Of a stretch of DNA of 32,000 nucleotides, positions 19,169 through 26,740 are shown one piece after another; the stretch's first letter is position 1; the number at the start of each line of letters is the position of its first letter. Made by a program: the position numbers and the translations under genes. Source of the stretch: Patescibacteria group bacterium (GTDB lineage Bacteria > Patescibacteriota > Patescibacteriia > 2-01-FULL-39-33); the NCBI GenBank assembly GCA_041649575.1, contig JBAZMW010000003.1, positions 150,001-182,000 of the forward strand. Direction: 5' to 3'. A model generated the notes under the pieces. It searched no databases. It saw only the letters and a list, made by a program, of their open reading frames with translations, and was not told where the DNA came from.

Positions 19169-19486
19169 TTATTTTAAATTCTCGCGCCAAGCCGCGACAT
19201 CGCCGGCCAGCTGTTCTTTGAAATTGGTGACCTCTTCCAAAATTATCGCCTGCAGATCAACCTTGCCGTTCAAAAACTGTCCGATTTCTTCGTCGGAGAC
19301 GCCTTTGGCGGTGAGTTTGTCAAACTCCAACTGATCCGGCTCGGAGAACTCATCCATCAGACGGAAAGAAACGCGGTCGCTAACCACCTCGTTTAGTTTG
19401 GTGAGTAAAACTTGTTTTTTGGCTTCATCCAGGTTTTCCAGGCCCAAAATGTTGAAAACATTCTGATCCAAAAAGAGTAAATTCAT
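19169..19486 (-). CDS. Small conserved-looking hypothetical protein (helical, acidic)
   Basis: 105-aa ORF MNLLFLDQNVFNILGLENLDEAKKQVLLTKLNEVVSDRVS..., immediately upstream of and co-oriented with the giant gene. Confidence 0.75.
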   Translation of the reverse strand: MNLLFLDQNVFNILGLENLDEAKKQVLLTKLNEVVSDRVSFRLMDEFSEPDQLEFDKLTAKGVSDEEIGQFLNGKVDLQAIILEEVTNFKEQLAGDVAAWRENLK

Positions 19487-19703
19487 AAATTTTATTTATT
19501 TTTTATTGTTAATTATTGAATTTTGTTTAAAATAACAGTATTCCAGCTAGAGCTTAATCTGGCTGTCTGAATATATTATACCAAACAAAGAGAATTGGTG
19601 AAAGGGTGGCAAAATAAATAATTATTAACTAATTTTATTTATACTTTTTGGCTAAAATTAGATAATATTCTTGATAAAAAAGAAGCTTTTTTCTCAACTA
19701 CTA

Positions 19704-19732
19704 TTGACAAATTATTTATGGTATGCTATAAT
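19704..19732 (+). promoter_or_regulatory. Sigma70-type promoter with extended -10
   Basis: TTGACA (19704-19709), 17 bp spacer ending TGC, TATAAT (19727-19732). Confidence 0.85.
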
Positions 19733-19817
19733 GAGTAGTTCGGTAAGTAACCGAAAGCACATCACAAAGGCAGCCCTGGTAATGACACCGGGGTTCGCAA
19801 GAGAAAAGGAGAAGACG

Positions 19818-20798
19818 ATGGGTACGGACACAGGAATAGAGGACGATGTGGTGATTATTGGTGAGGACACCGGCATCGCTGACACCGGCATCGCTGACAC
19901 AAAGACGAGTCGGCCGAAGCGTAAAGTCGGAATCTGGCGGATCGTGCTGGGCCTGATCGGCCTGGCGCTCATCGCCTTCGCGGCATTGACCGCGTACGGC
20001 CTGATCGTCAAGACCGACGCGATTGACCGGCGTGTCGTCGTGCTGGAAAATCGCGTCGACGGTTTCGACGAACGCATCAAGGCCGGTGACGAGGCGGTCG
20101 AGGACATCTCCAAAGCCACCGACGATCTGTGGAGGCGAATGGCGAATGTCGAGAAACGCTTCGACAAGGATGGAGAATTCGCGAAGACCGTGGCCGCGGT
20201 TGCCAAGACCGCCGAAGACGTGACGGCGCTGCAAGCCGCGGTCGATGAAATCCCCGATGCCATGGCCGAGGCCACAGCTGGAATCGAAGGCCGGGTCAAA
20301 GCCCTCGAAGACGGCGCCGCGCAGGCACAGGAGAGGGCCAGCCGCGAGCTCCTGATGCTCAAGGTTGCCGAGATCCGCCGCGCGAATCCGGCGAGCGATG
20401 TCAGCGCCATGAGCGACGCGGACATTGGCAAGACGCTGGCTGGCAAGGGCGGCAACGATTTTCGCAAGAAGATTGAGGCCGCATACGTCAGCCTCGGAGC
20501 CAAGCCTGTCGTCACGGCACCAGCTCCGGCTCCAGCACCGGCACCAGCGCCAGCGGTAAATCTGGCTGAGGTAGAACGCCGGCTGGACGCGGCCGAGAAA
20601 GAAGTAAAACTTGTCGGGCAAGCCGCCAAAACCTTGGCGACGAATCCTGACAAGCCGAAGCACCTGGTGCGTGGCGCCAAGGCGAGGGCGCTCAAGCTGT
20701 TGGTGGATGTCCCCGACGACTTGCCACCCGCCTCCGCAAGACCGGCATCCCCGAAGAAGGACAACGTCATCCGGCCGGAGTTCGGGGACCGGCCGTAA
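19818..20798 (+). CDS. Hypothetical GC-rich single-TM protein with coiled coil and Pro/Ala linker
   Basis: ATG at 19818 preceded by AAGGAG. TM GIWRIVLGLIGLALIAFAALTAYGLIV, long heptad-like region, APAPAPAPAPAPAV, basic C-terminus. Confidence 0.82.
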   Translation: MGTDTGIEDDVVIIGEDTGIADTGIADTKTSRPKRKVGIWRIVLGLIGLALIAFAALTAYGLIVKTDAIDRRVVVLENRVDGFDERIKAGDEAVEDISKATDDLWRRMANVEKRFDKDGEFAKTVAAVAKTAEDVTALQAAVDEIPDAMAEATAGIEGRVKALEDGAAQAQERASRELLMLKVAEIRRANPASDVSAMSDADIGKTLAGKGGNDFRKKIEAAYVSLGAKPVVTAPAPAPAPAPAPAVNLAEVERRLDAAEKEVKLVGQAAKTLATNPDKPKHLVRGAKARALKLLVDVPDDLPPASARPASPKKDNVIRPEFGDRP

Positions 20799-20830
20799 CA
20801 CGTACCTTTGATCGCGCACCTCGTGCGTTA

Positions 20831-20870
20831 GCCCCCCCAGACTCTGGCAGTTTCATAGAGTCTGGGGGGT
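20831..20870 (+). terminator. Hairpin terminator
   Basis: CCCCCAGACTCT...AGAGTCTGGGGG about 33 nt after the stop codon, followed by an AT-rich stretch. Confidence 0.7.
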
Positions 20871-20952
20871 GAATTATTTTAGAGAGATTTTGCTTTTATA
20901 TATTGACTAAACAAGACAAAACTGATAAAATTATTTTTGATATTTATGGATT

Positions 20953-21082
20953 ACTGCCCCCGCCAGAATGACTCTGTCGGGCTGGCGCCCGACTGAACGG
21001 CGTTCAGCCGTTCGGGCGGGGCTCAGTCTTGCCCCGTAGAATACTGCTAAAGCAGTAGCGCCAGAGGCGCTATTCTACGGGG
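20953..21082. other. Two adjacent three-way-junction foldable elements (structured RNA/DNA candidate)
   Basis: Element A outer stem 20953-20960/21018-21027, arms 20961-20966/20982-20987 and 20988-20992/21012-21016. Element B outer 11 bp 21032-21042/21072-21082, arms 21043-21047/21052-21056 and 21057-21062/21066-21071. Confidence 0.7.
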
Positions 21083-21086
21083 TGAA

Positions 21087-21120
21087 GTTAGAGCGCTCCC
21101 CCTGTCACGGAAGAGGGTCG
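21087..21120 (+). pseudogene. Degenerate partial copy of tRNA-Asp (D-arm/anticodon region)
   Basis: GTTAGAGCGCTCCCCCTGTCACGGAAGAGGGTCG resembles the functional gene's GTTAGAGCGCTCCCCTGTCACGGGAGAGGTCG at 21281 onward. Confidence 0.75.
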
Positions 21121-21262
21121 CCGTAGGCGACGGGCAGAAGCGAGCCATGAGCAAAGCGAATGAAACGAGCGTAGATGAATGCGACCATGGGAGCATTCGG
21201 CTCTGCCAGGAAACATCGGGTGCAACCCGCGACCGTCAAACTTTTTACAAGTTAATATTTAT

Positions 21263-21336
21263 GGATTGGTAGCTCAGTTGGTTAGAGCGCTCCCCTGTCA
21301 CGGGAGAGGTCGCGGGTTCGAGTCCCGTCCAGTCCG
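21263..21336 (+). tRNA. tRNA-Asp (GUC)
   Basis: GGATTGG/CCAGTCC acceptor, anticodon arm CTCCC-CTGTCAC-GGGAG, T-arm GCGGG-TTCGAGT-CCCGT, discriminator G. Confidence 0.94.
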
Positions 21337-21342
21337 CTGGAT

Positions 21343-21377
21343 AAAACAAAAATCACCCTTGCGGTGATTTTTGTTTT
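21343..21377 (+). terminator. Terminator after tRNA-Asp
   Basis: AAAACAAAAATCACC-CTTGC-GGTGATTTTTGTTTT, 15 bp perfect stem. Confidence 0.85.
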
Positions 21378-21405
21378 ACTACACGAAGTGGAGAGGGGCT
21401 CGAAC

Positions 21406-21484
21406 GGGTTGGCAGCGAGGCAAATCCGAAGGATGCAGCCGAGCGTCAAAAATTGCGAGCTGGCGCAGCAATTTTTGCCAACCC
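21406..21484. repeat. Nested inverted repeat
   Basis: Outer GGGTTGGCA (21406-21414)/TGCCAACCC (21476-21484). Inner AAAAATTGC (21448-21456)/GCAATTTTT (21468-21476). Confidence 0.75.
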
Positions 21485-21513
21485 AGGACAGAGTGAGCAA
21501 AGCGAACGCCGAG

Positions 21514-21531
21514 AAGTCCCGTCCAGTCCGC
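21514..21531 (+). pseudogene. 3' fragment of tRNA-Asp (T-arm/acceptor)
   Basis: AGTCCCGTCCAGTCCGC is identical to the 3' end of the full tRNA-Asp gene (about 21321-21337). Confidence 0.75.
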
Positions 21532-21582
21532 ATTTTTCTAGTCAGCCCCAAGTGGGCTGATTTTTGAGAATAAAAAAGAGCG

Positions 21583-21622
21583 GCGATCCACACGACGGTG
21601 AATCTCCCGCTCTACAATGTCC
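21583..21622 (-). terminator. Terminator of the 21641-22369 gene
   Basis: Minus strand: AGAGCGG ... CCGCTCTTTTTTATT. Confidence 0.7.
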
Positions 21623-21640
21623 TGATAGCCTTTCAGCGGT

Positions 21641-22369
21641 TTATCCTCTGCCACCGCCGACCAGTGCGCGTAACGCGTTGAACATGCCATCAGCCACTTG
21701 TGTCCTTCGCGTATCCATGGACTCAAGCATGGCATCGATCCTGTCGAAGCCGTCTCGACCGTACTCAAGAAGTGTTGGGCCATAGAATAGCCGCGTGAAC
21801 AGTTCATTACCGACAAAACTCCATTCGGTGTAAGGCGTCTCTGAGTAACCGTCAGAGTTGTCGTGGATGTCGAAAACCCTGTTGGTGTGCGTACCGGCGA
21901 TGAGAATATCGCCACCCTCGACTTGTCCGGTTACAGTCACCAACGCCTGTTGAAGCCTCTCCATAAAATACTCCTGGTACCACTCCCTGACTTTCGTCAG
22001 GACAATGTTTCTCGATTCCTCCGGAAGATTGGTGACAATGTGCCCGGTCTGCCTCGGACTGAGCCTGACCATCGAGTTGCTGCTCAACTTGTCCAAGAAC
22101 ACGCCCAGACCGATGTTCAACCAGAGGCCATCCGTGAGGTTGAGAATGGGAGAGTTGATGATAAAGATGTGTGTCCTAGCTTGATCTGGGTCCTGGGCAA
22201 TTCGACGAATGACCTCCAGTCCGTCTTGTTGGTTGAGACAAAGGTGGGGACGAAAACAGCTTTCTTTCGCTTGCACTAGGGCAGCAATTCCCCTGTTAAG
22301 ATCCTGGTGCAACTGTGACCGGTCGTCAAAGTCAACCAGTAGGGTGTGGCTTTTCTTCTGATCCGACAT
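21641..22369 (-). CDS. Hypothetical GC-rich orphan protein
   Basis: ORF opens at 22393, but the MSDQKKSHTLLVDFDD start at 22369 has GAGGAG upstream. A GAGCGG...CCGCTCTTTTTT terminator follows on the minus strand. Confidence 0.8.
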   Translation of the reverse strand: MSDQKKSHTLLVDFDDRSQLHQDLNRGIAALVQAKESCFRPHLCLNQQDGLEVIRRIAQDPDQARTHIFIINSPILNLTDGLWLNIGLGVFLDKLSSNSMVRLSPRQTGHIVTNLPEESRNIVLTKVREWYQEYFMERLQQALVTVTGQVEGGDILIAGTHTNRVFDIHDNSDGYSETPYTEWSFVGNELFTRLFYGPTLLEYGRDGFDRIDAMLESMDTRRTQVADGMFNALRALVGGGRG

Positions 22370-22471
22370 ATTCTTCTCCTCGATGTTGACCAAAGAATGT
22401 ACGATTGTTAAAAAGGTATACTAAATTAAGTATTTTGTCAAATACTAAAACATAATAACTCATTATTACTA

Positions 22472-22500
22472 TTGACAAGCCTAATATCTTGTGCTAAACT
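22472..22500 (+). promoter_or_regulatory. Sigma70-type promoter with extended -10
   Basis: TTGACA (22472-22477), 17 bp ending TGC, TAAACT (22495-22500). Confidence 0.65.
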
Positions 22501-22579
22501 TACCAGTTATCGATTTTGAGTCAGTACTTTGTGTAGAGCACGACAAACCGGTTCCGTGACATGAACAGGAGGACGACCA

Positions 22580-22957
22580 GTGAAAAACCACAATAGTTAT
22601 GCCACTTACCAACCGAGCGACCAGCGGCTTCGCGAAGCCGACCACTGGGAGGTCTGGGATAAGCTACCGCCCGAGCTCAAGTTTGAGGCAGTGGCGGCTC
22701 GCGACCCCTCTCTGACCGCTCTGTGTGCCCGAGACAAGGGCGTGTACGTCTGGGTATTCCCGCACGCTGTACCTTCGGTCCAAAGTGGCATTGGACCATT
22801 CATGGCTCTAGGGTCGCGACGCGGCAAGGATCGCATGGACTTCATCGTGACAACTCCTTCGGCGGATGACCCCATCGCGTTCGCCAAAGCCGAGAATGCG
22901 AGAAAGCTGAGGGAGCTGTCAAAGGGCGCCAAGGGTCCGAAGAACCATCAGAAATGA
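22580..22957 (+). CDS. Hypothetical GC-rich orphan protein (125 aa)
   Basis: GTG start preceded by CAGGAGG. Protein MKNHNSYATYQPSDQRLREADHWEVWDKLPPELKFEAVAARDPSLTALCARDKG. GCCGCA...TGCGGC-C-GTTTT hairpin downstream. Confidence 0.8.
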   Translation: MKNHNSYATYQPSDQRLREADHWEVWDKLPPELKFEAVAARDPSLTALCARDKGVYVWVFPHAVPSVQSGIGPFMALGSRRGKDRMDFIVTTPSADDPIAFAKAENARKLRELSKGAKGPKNHQK

Positions 22958-23304
22958 GATGGGCGGTCGTCAAAGCCGCTACCGTCTCAACAACGCCGCA
23001 TCAGCTACCTGGTGCGGCCGTTTTAAATAATAATTTTGTTATACAGATACCAAAAGAGTTAATTTCCATCCACTCCAGAGTCCTCCGCCTAAGCTAAAGT
23101 TTTGGCGGACAAGTAAAACCTGCCTTGACTCGCGTCAGGCCTGGCGTCGCCGAAGGCTATGCCAAAGGCGCGTGAGGCAGGTCGTCCCGCAAGTCTCGGC
23201 AAAATAAACTCAGGACTCAATCACTTCCAAATCAATAAAATTTGCAAAAAGCGCTTTATATTTGATATAATAAAAACACGACTTAAAAAATAATTTATCT
23301 AACT

Positions 23305-23508
23305 ATGCAAAAAATAGCTACAAGCATCTTTATCTTCGCGTCAATTGTTTTCGGCGTTATAGGAATTTTAGTAGTTTTAACAATGCCAGGACCCGGCAGA
23401 ACGAATTCGGATCTGAATGAATTATTTATTAGGCTTCTGTTCGCGACTGCCTTTATTATACTGCCTTCATTTGCATTAAGCATCGCCGGTAAGTATCTAA
23501 AAAAATAG
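23305..23508 (+). CDS. Small two-TM membrane protein
   Basis: 67-aa ORF MQKIATSIFIFASIVFGVIGILVVLTMPGPGRTNSDLNELFIRLLFATAFIILPSFALSIAGKYLKK. Confidence 0.6.
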   Translation: MQKIATSIFIFASIVFGVIGILVVLTMPGPGRTNSDLNELFIRLLFATAFIILPSFALSIAGKYLKK

Positions 23509-23745
23509 ATTCCGATTTTAAACTTCCTTAGTCCAGTCTTTATATCAGATGTTCTTCTTTTTTTAATTCCATTGGAATATCAACAATACCCCCGTGCTCT
23601 TAAAAAATTTACAATCTCAAAATTAATAAAAAAATCCCCATCAATGGGGGTATTTTTATTTTCTGTCTTCTCTGGCGCCTATAATTACTGCCGCTATTAC
23701 CAAAATTGTTAAAACCATAACTCCAAACAACATCATACCAAAATT

Positions 23746-24117
23746 TTACTTAATCTGTTTTTTCTTTTTAAACCAGCCGACGAGAAACAAGATGCCGATC
23801 AAAAACGCGACGCCGGAAAATTGTGCCGCCCATAATAATAAATACCACTCGAATTGATTTCTCGCTAGCGCGGCCAGATACAACGCGCCAGCTAAAATAA
23901 AAATAGTTCCCCCAACAATTTCATATTTCCAAGAGATTATCAGAATAACCAGCAGCACCAAGGCGGGAATATTGTGCATGAACAAACCGACAACCGTTCC
24001 CCAGAAACCCAGCTTCATATCGAAAATGTCCAGCGAAAACAACATCAAAAACAAAATAAACAAAATCGACAATATCCTTGGAATCCAATATATAAATCTA
24101 TTAACATTATTCCTCAT
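23746..24117 (-). CDS. Hypothetical multi-pass membrane protein (123 aa)
   Basis: Hydrophobic ORF MRNNVNRFIYWIPRILSILFILFLMLFSLDIFDMKLGFWGTVVGLFMHNIPALVLLVILIISWKYEIVGG. Confidence 0.78.
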   Translation of the reverse strand: MRNNVNRFIYWIPRILSILFILFLMLFSLDIFDMKLGFWGTVVGLFMHNIPALVLLVILIISWKYEIVGGTIFILAGALYLAALARNQFEWYLLLWAAQFSGVAFLIGILFLVGWFKKKKQIK

Positions 24118-24365
24118 ATTTATTGTTTTATTTATATAATCAGTCTTTGAGTTTATTATACCACTTCCTGCCCGTCTCGCCCAATCCGGAATTTTAAAAC
24201 CCGCCCCGACTCAACGAGGCTGGTGCGAGGCAGGTTGTCCCGCGGTCAGAACAGCTGCCGGTCGGCGCCAAGGCGGCTGCTTTAAAAATTTTAATTTTTT
24301 GCAAGCTGCACCAATGAATGTTAAAAATATTTCTTAAAAATAAATCAACCTTAAAATTTCTGGTA

Positions 24366-24402
24366 AATGAAAAAGGCCACCGCGACGTGCGATGGGCCTG
24401 TA
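24366..24402 (-). terminator. Terminator of the phosphatase-like gene
   Basis: Minus strand: AGGCCCATCGCACGTCGCGGTGGCCTTTTT. Confidence 0.6.
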
Positions 24403-24419
24403 GTCACTTCGCCACCTGT

Positions 24420-25199
24420 TTAGGCGGCTTCGTAAAGGTTCTGGTTGTAGTACTCCAACCGCAGACGGCCACGGCTGCCCTCGCCCGGTACGCCGACATA
24501 CTTGGTGACGCCGCAGTTGCGAGGCTTTTGTTCTTCGTCCAGTACGATGAACTCCTCGGCCGAGAGACGTTCGTAGTTGGCGCGCAGAGCCAGAATGTTC
24601 AAGTGATGGGTGACGGCCAAAACCCTCTTGCCGGAAAATTCCCGGACCAGGGTGTTGGCCCAATCGCGGTTACGCTGGCGCACATCAGGAACATTCTCAC
24701 CCTGAGGGTAGCGATACCAGTAGCGACCCTCCAATTGATACAACGCGCGCTGTTCCGGATGAAGAGCAAAAAACACTCTCAAATCGTTGTAGACGTTGAC
24801 CAGGCCGTGTTCCTGTTCCCGAATCCTTTCCTCTTCGTAGTACTTCACTCCTGCCAACTCCGGCCAACCGGCAATTAGCCCCCGCCAGGTCGCCTGCGTG
24901 CGAGCGTAGGGAGAAACGAAGACTACATCAGGCAGGTCTTCTATCTTACTAAGCGCCAGCCCCGTCTTCGTTGCCCGCGTGGCTTCGGCATCAGCTAGAG
25001 GTGCATTGGCATCGCTTACACCGAGACGATACTTCTGCCACACCGCTATAGCCAATGCCCTACACCTATCAGTTTCTGGGTTTTCGTCATACTTTCTGAC
25101 GAACTGCCGATAAAGATCGTCCGCCTCCTTCATCCACTTGAGCTGGTTGTAGGCAGAAACATCGTGCCTTATGGCAATGATACAGGCTGGCCATTTCAT
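24420..25199 (-). CDS. Histidine phosphatase (phosphoglycerate mutase-like) superfamily protein, divergent
   Basis: IIAIRHDVSAYN (normally RHG), VVFVSPYARTQAT, RIREQEHG, VLAVTHHLNILALR. ATG at 25199 has GAAGGAGG upstream. Confidence 0.8.
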   Translation of the reverse strand: MKWPACIIAIRHDVSAYNQLKWMKEADDLYRQFVRKYDENPETDRCRALAIAVWQKYRLGVSDANAPLADAEATRATKTGLALSKIEDLPDVVFVSPYARTQATWRGLIAGWPELAGVKYYEEERIREQEHGLVNVYNDLRVFFALHPEQRALYQLEGRYWYRYPQGENVPDVRQRNRDWANTLVREFSGKRVLAVTHHLNILALRANYERLSAEEFIVLDEEQKPRNCGVTKYVGVPGEGSRGRLRLEYYNQNLYEAA

Positions 25200-25384
25200 G
25201 GGCGTCAAGCCTCCTTCAAAAGTCACTCTCGCTGCTCTGGCAATCTGTCGTTACCGCCAGAAACCCAGAAATCCCTCTCGTCTATAAACCACATAAAGAA
25301 CGGTTCCAGTTCATCGATCGCGTCGCTCCAAACGTCCTAATATTAAACGTTCAATCTCCCTTGTGTTGGAGAATAAATTATTTT

Positions 25385-25413
25385 ATTATATAAATTCCTT
25401 TTTGTCAACTGTC
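25385..25413 (-). promoter_or_regulatory. Consensus sigma70 promoter for the phosphatase-like gene
   Basis: Minus strand TTGACA-GTTGACAAAAAGGAATT(17)-TATAAT. Confidence 0.8.
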
Positions 25414-25421
25414 AAATTTTC

Positions 25422-25449
25422 TAAAACCCTCCCGATTAATCGGGAGGGT
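25422..25449. terminator. Terminator downstream of the VirB2-like gene
   Basis: AAACCCTCCCGATTAATCGGGAGGGTTT perfect palindrome. Confidence 0.85.
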
Positions 25450-25475
25450 TTCAATTTTCAAACTCCGAGTTGCTT

Positions 25476-25991
25476 TTATTTTATTCCCAAAATTTCAAAA
25501 ATCATTTTCAGAATAACATAGGAGAGAAAAATAATCACCAGGCCGGCAATCGCCCAGATCATGGTGTTTTTGCCTTTAGTCACCCGGCCGGAATCGCCGC
25601 CGGAAACCATCCAGAGCAAGCCGCCGTAAATGAAAGCGATCAAAGCCAAGACTCCGGTGAACCCCAAGGCGGCGGTGATAATGTTTTTGGTGATGACTTG
25701 CACCGCCTCAATGCCTTTTTTGCCGCCGGTAATGCCCTCCAGGGGATCTTTCAGACTCTGGGCCGAACCAGCGCTGCCGCCAGAAACACCTGTACCTTCT
25801 GGAGCGGAAACACCTGTACCTTCGGCGACACATTCCCCAACCTCAGAAAAAGGGTCGGCAAAACTACAGATTTGACCAGGGCCGCAATCGGCTTTAGTAG
25901 TACAAGCTAAAACGATATTAGTGAGAGATAAAAATAAAAAAACAGAAAAACCAAAGAATGTTAATATCAACCAACCGCTTTTTCTTTTCAT
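25476..25991 (-). CDS. Secreted/membrane pilin-like protein resembling TrbC/VirB2-type two-TM proteins
   Basis: Signal segment, CTTKADCGPGQICSFADPFSEVGECV Cys-rich part, then AVQVITKNIITAALGFTGVLALIAFIYGGLLWMVSGGDSGRVTKGKNTMIWAIAGLVIIFLSYVIL. Confidence 0.75.
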   Translation of the reverse strand: MKRKSGWLILTFFGFSVFLFLSLTNIVLACTTKADCGPGQICSFADPFSEVGECVAEGTGVSAPEGTGVSGGSAGSAQSLKDPLEGITGGKKGIEAVQVITKNIITAALGFTGVLALIAFIYGGLLWMVSGGDSGRVTKGKNTMIWAIAGLVIIFLSYVILKMIFEILGIK

Positions 25992-26069
25992 AATATGTTA
26001 TTAAATGGTATATATTAATTCAATTATAGCTAATGGCAAAAATAAAGTAAATAACAATTTTAACAAAAA

Positions 26070-26112
26070 GAAAAACGGCCCGAGTTGCGCGATGCAACCC
26101 TGGCCGTTGTAG
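26070..26112 (-). terminator. Terminator of the three-gene operon
   Basis: Minus strand: ACGGCCAGGGTTGCATCGCGCAACTCGGGCCGTTTTTC. Confidence 0.7.
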
Positions 26113-26152
26113 AACCGGTTGGAATTGGAATAGGTGGGTGATACAAGGCCGA

Positions 26153-26740
26153 CTATGAGAAGCGTATTCTCCTGATATGGACCTCTCCAATGGAGAGGCC
26201 GTGGAGAACCAGCTGACCCTCACCGTCGATCTTGATCACCTCGTCGCTGGCGATCGTCTGATAACCGCCCGCCTTCTGCTTGATCTTGAAAGGAGCGGTT
26301 ACGCGACTAAACTCCACGACGTCACCCGGGAAGATGGCCAGGCCGGAGCTGATCGGCTTACCAGGGCAGAACTTGATGTCCCTTTCCTCCACCGATCTGA
26401 TCGTCTTGGCCTTGGGCAACGAGGGCAAGCGAATGGCGCTGACTTTCGCCGCCACCTTCGCCTTGGCGTCGACCAGGTACGCGGGACGATAGATCGTCAC
26501 CAGGACCAAGGCCAGGCCTAGTCCAGCAGTGACGTAGAAAGCCTTTTTCTTGCCCATGGCCTCCCAGACGATCCCGCCGATACCCAGAAAAATCATCAGG
26601 GCAATAGTCGCCTGAATCGGAATCCTCGCATGCTGGTCGTCTTCCTGTGACCAGAAGAAGACGCCCAGGATAATCCCGATAACTACGGCGAAGGCAATCA
26701 CCTTGCCAACCTTCTTAAGAAAACCCCAGGCTTCCTTCAT
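26153..26740 (-). CDS. Hypothetical membrane protein (operon gene 3)
   Basis: MKEAWGFLKKVGKVIAFAVVIGIILGVFFW start with GGAGG upstream. Three N-terminal TM segments and a C-terminal beta-rich domain. Its start codon overlaps the upstream stop (ATGA). Confidence 0.82.
   Translation of the reverse strand: MKEAWGFLKKVGKVIAFAVVIGIILGVFFWSQEDDQHARIPIQATIALMIFLGIGGIVWEAMGKKKAFYVTAGLGLALVLVTIYRPAYLVDAKAKVAAKVSAIRLPSLPKAKTIRSVEERDIKFCPGKPISSGLAIFPGDVVEFSRVTAPFKIKQKAGGYQTIASDEVIKIDGEGQLVLHGLSIGEVHIRRIRFS

Noticed and set aside
19712-20819. Two long minus-strand ORFs (352 and 367 aa)
   Set aside because: Shadow ORFs of the GC-rich 19818-20798 gene. The plus frame has the promoter, SD, TM and coiled-coil logic, and terminator.
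21179-21367. Plus-strand ORF containing YGLVAQLVRALPCHGRGRGFESRPVRW
   Set aside because: Translation of tRNA-Asp; spurious.
21263-21531. Full integrative element inserted at tRNA-Asp
   Set aside because: The duplicated tRNA 3' end is only about 180 nt away and no integrase or cargo lies between; at most a scar or mini-element.
21282-21593. Minus-strand ORF ending GLDGTRTRDLSRDRGAL
   Set aside because: Antisense to tRNA-Asp and its terminator; spurious.
24318-24878. Plus-strand 186-aa ORF and minus-strand 24334-24663 ORF
   Set aside because: Overlap the histidine phosphatase-like gene, which has recognisable active-site motifs and a good SD.
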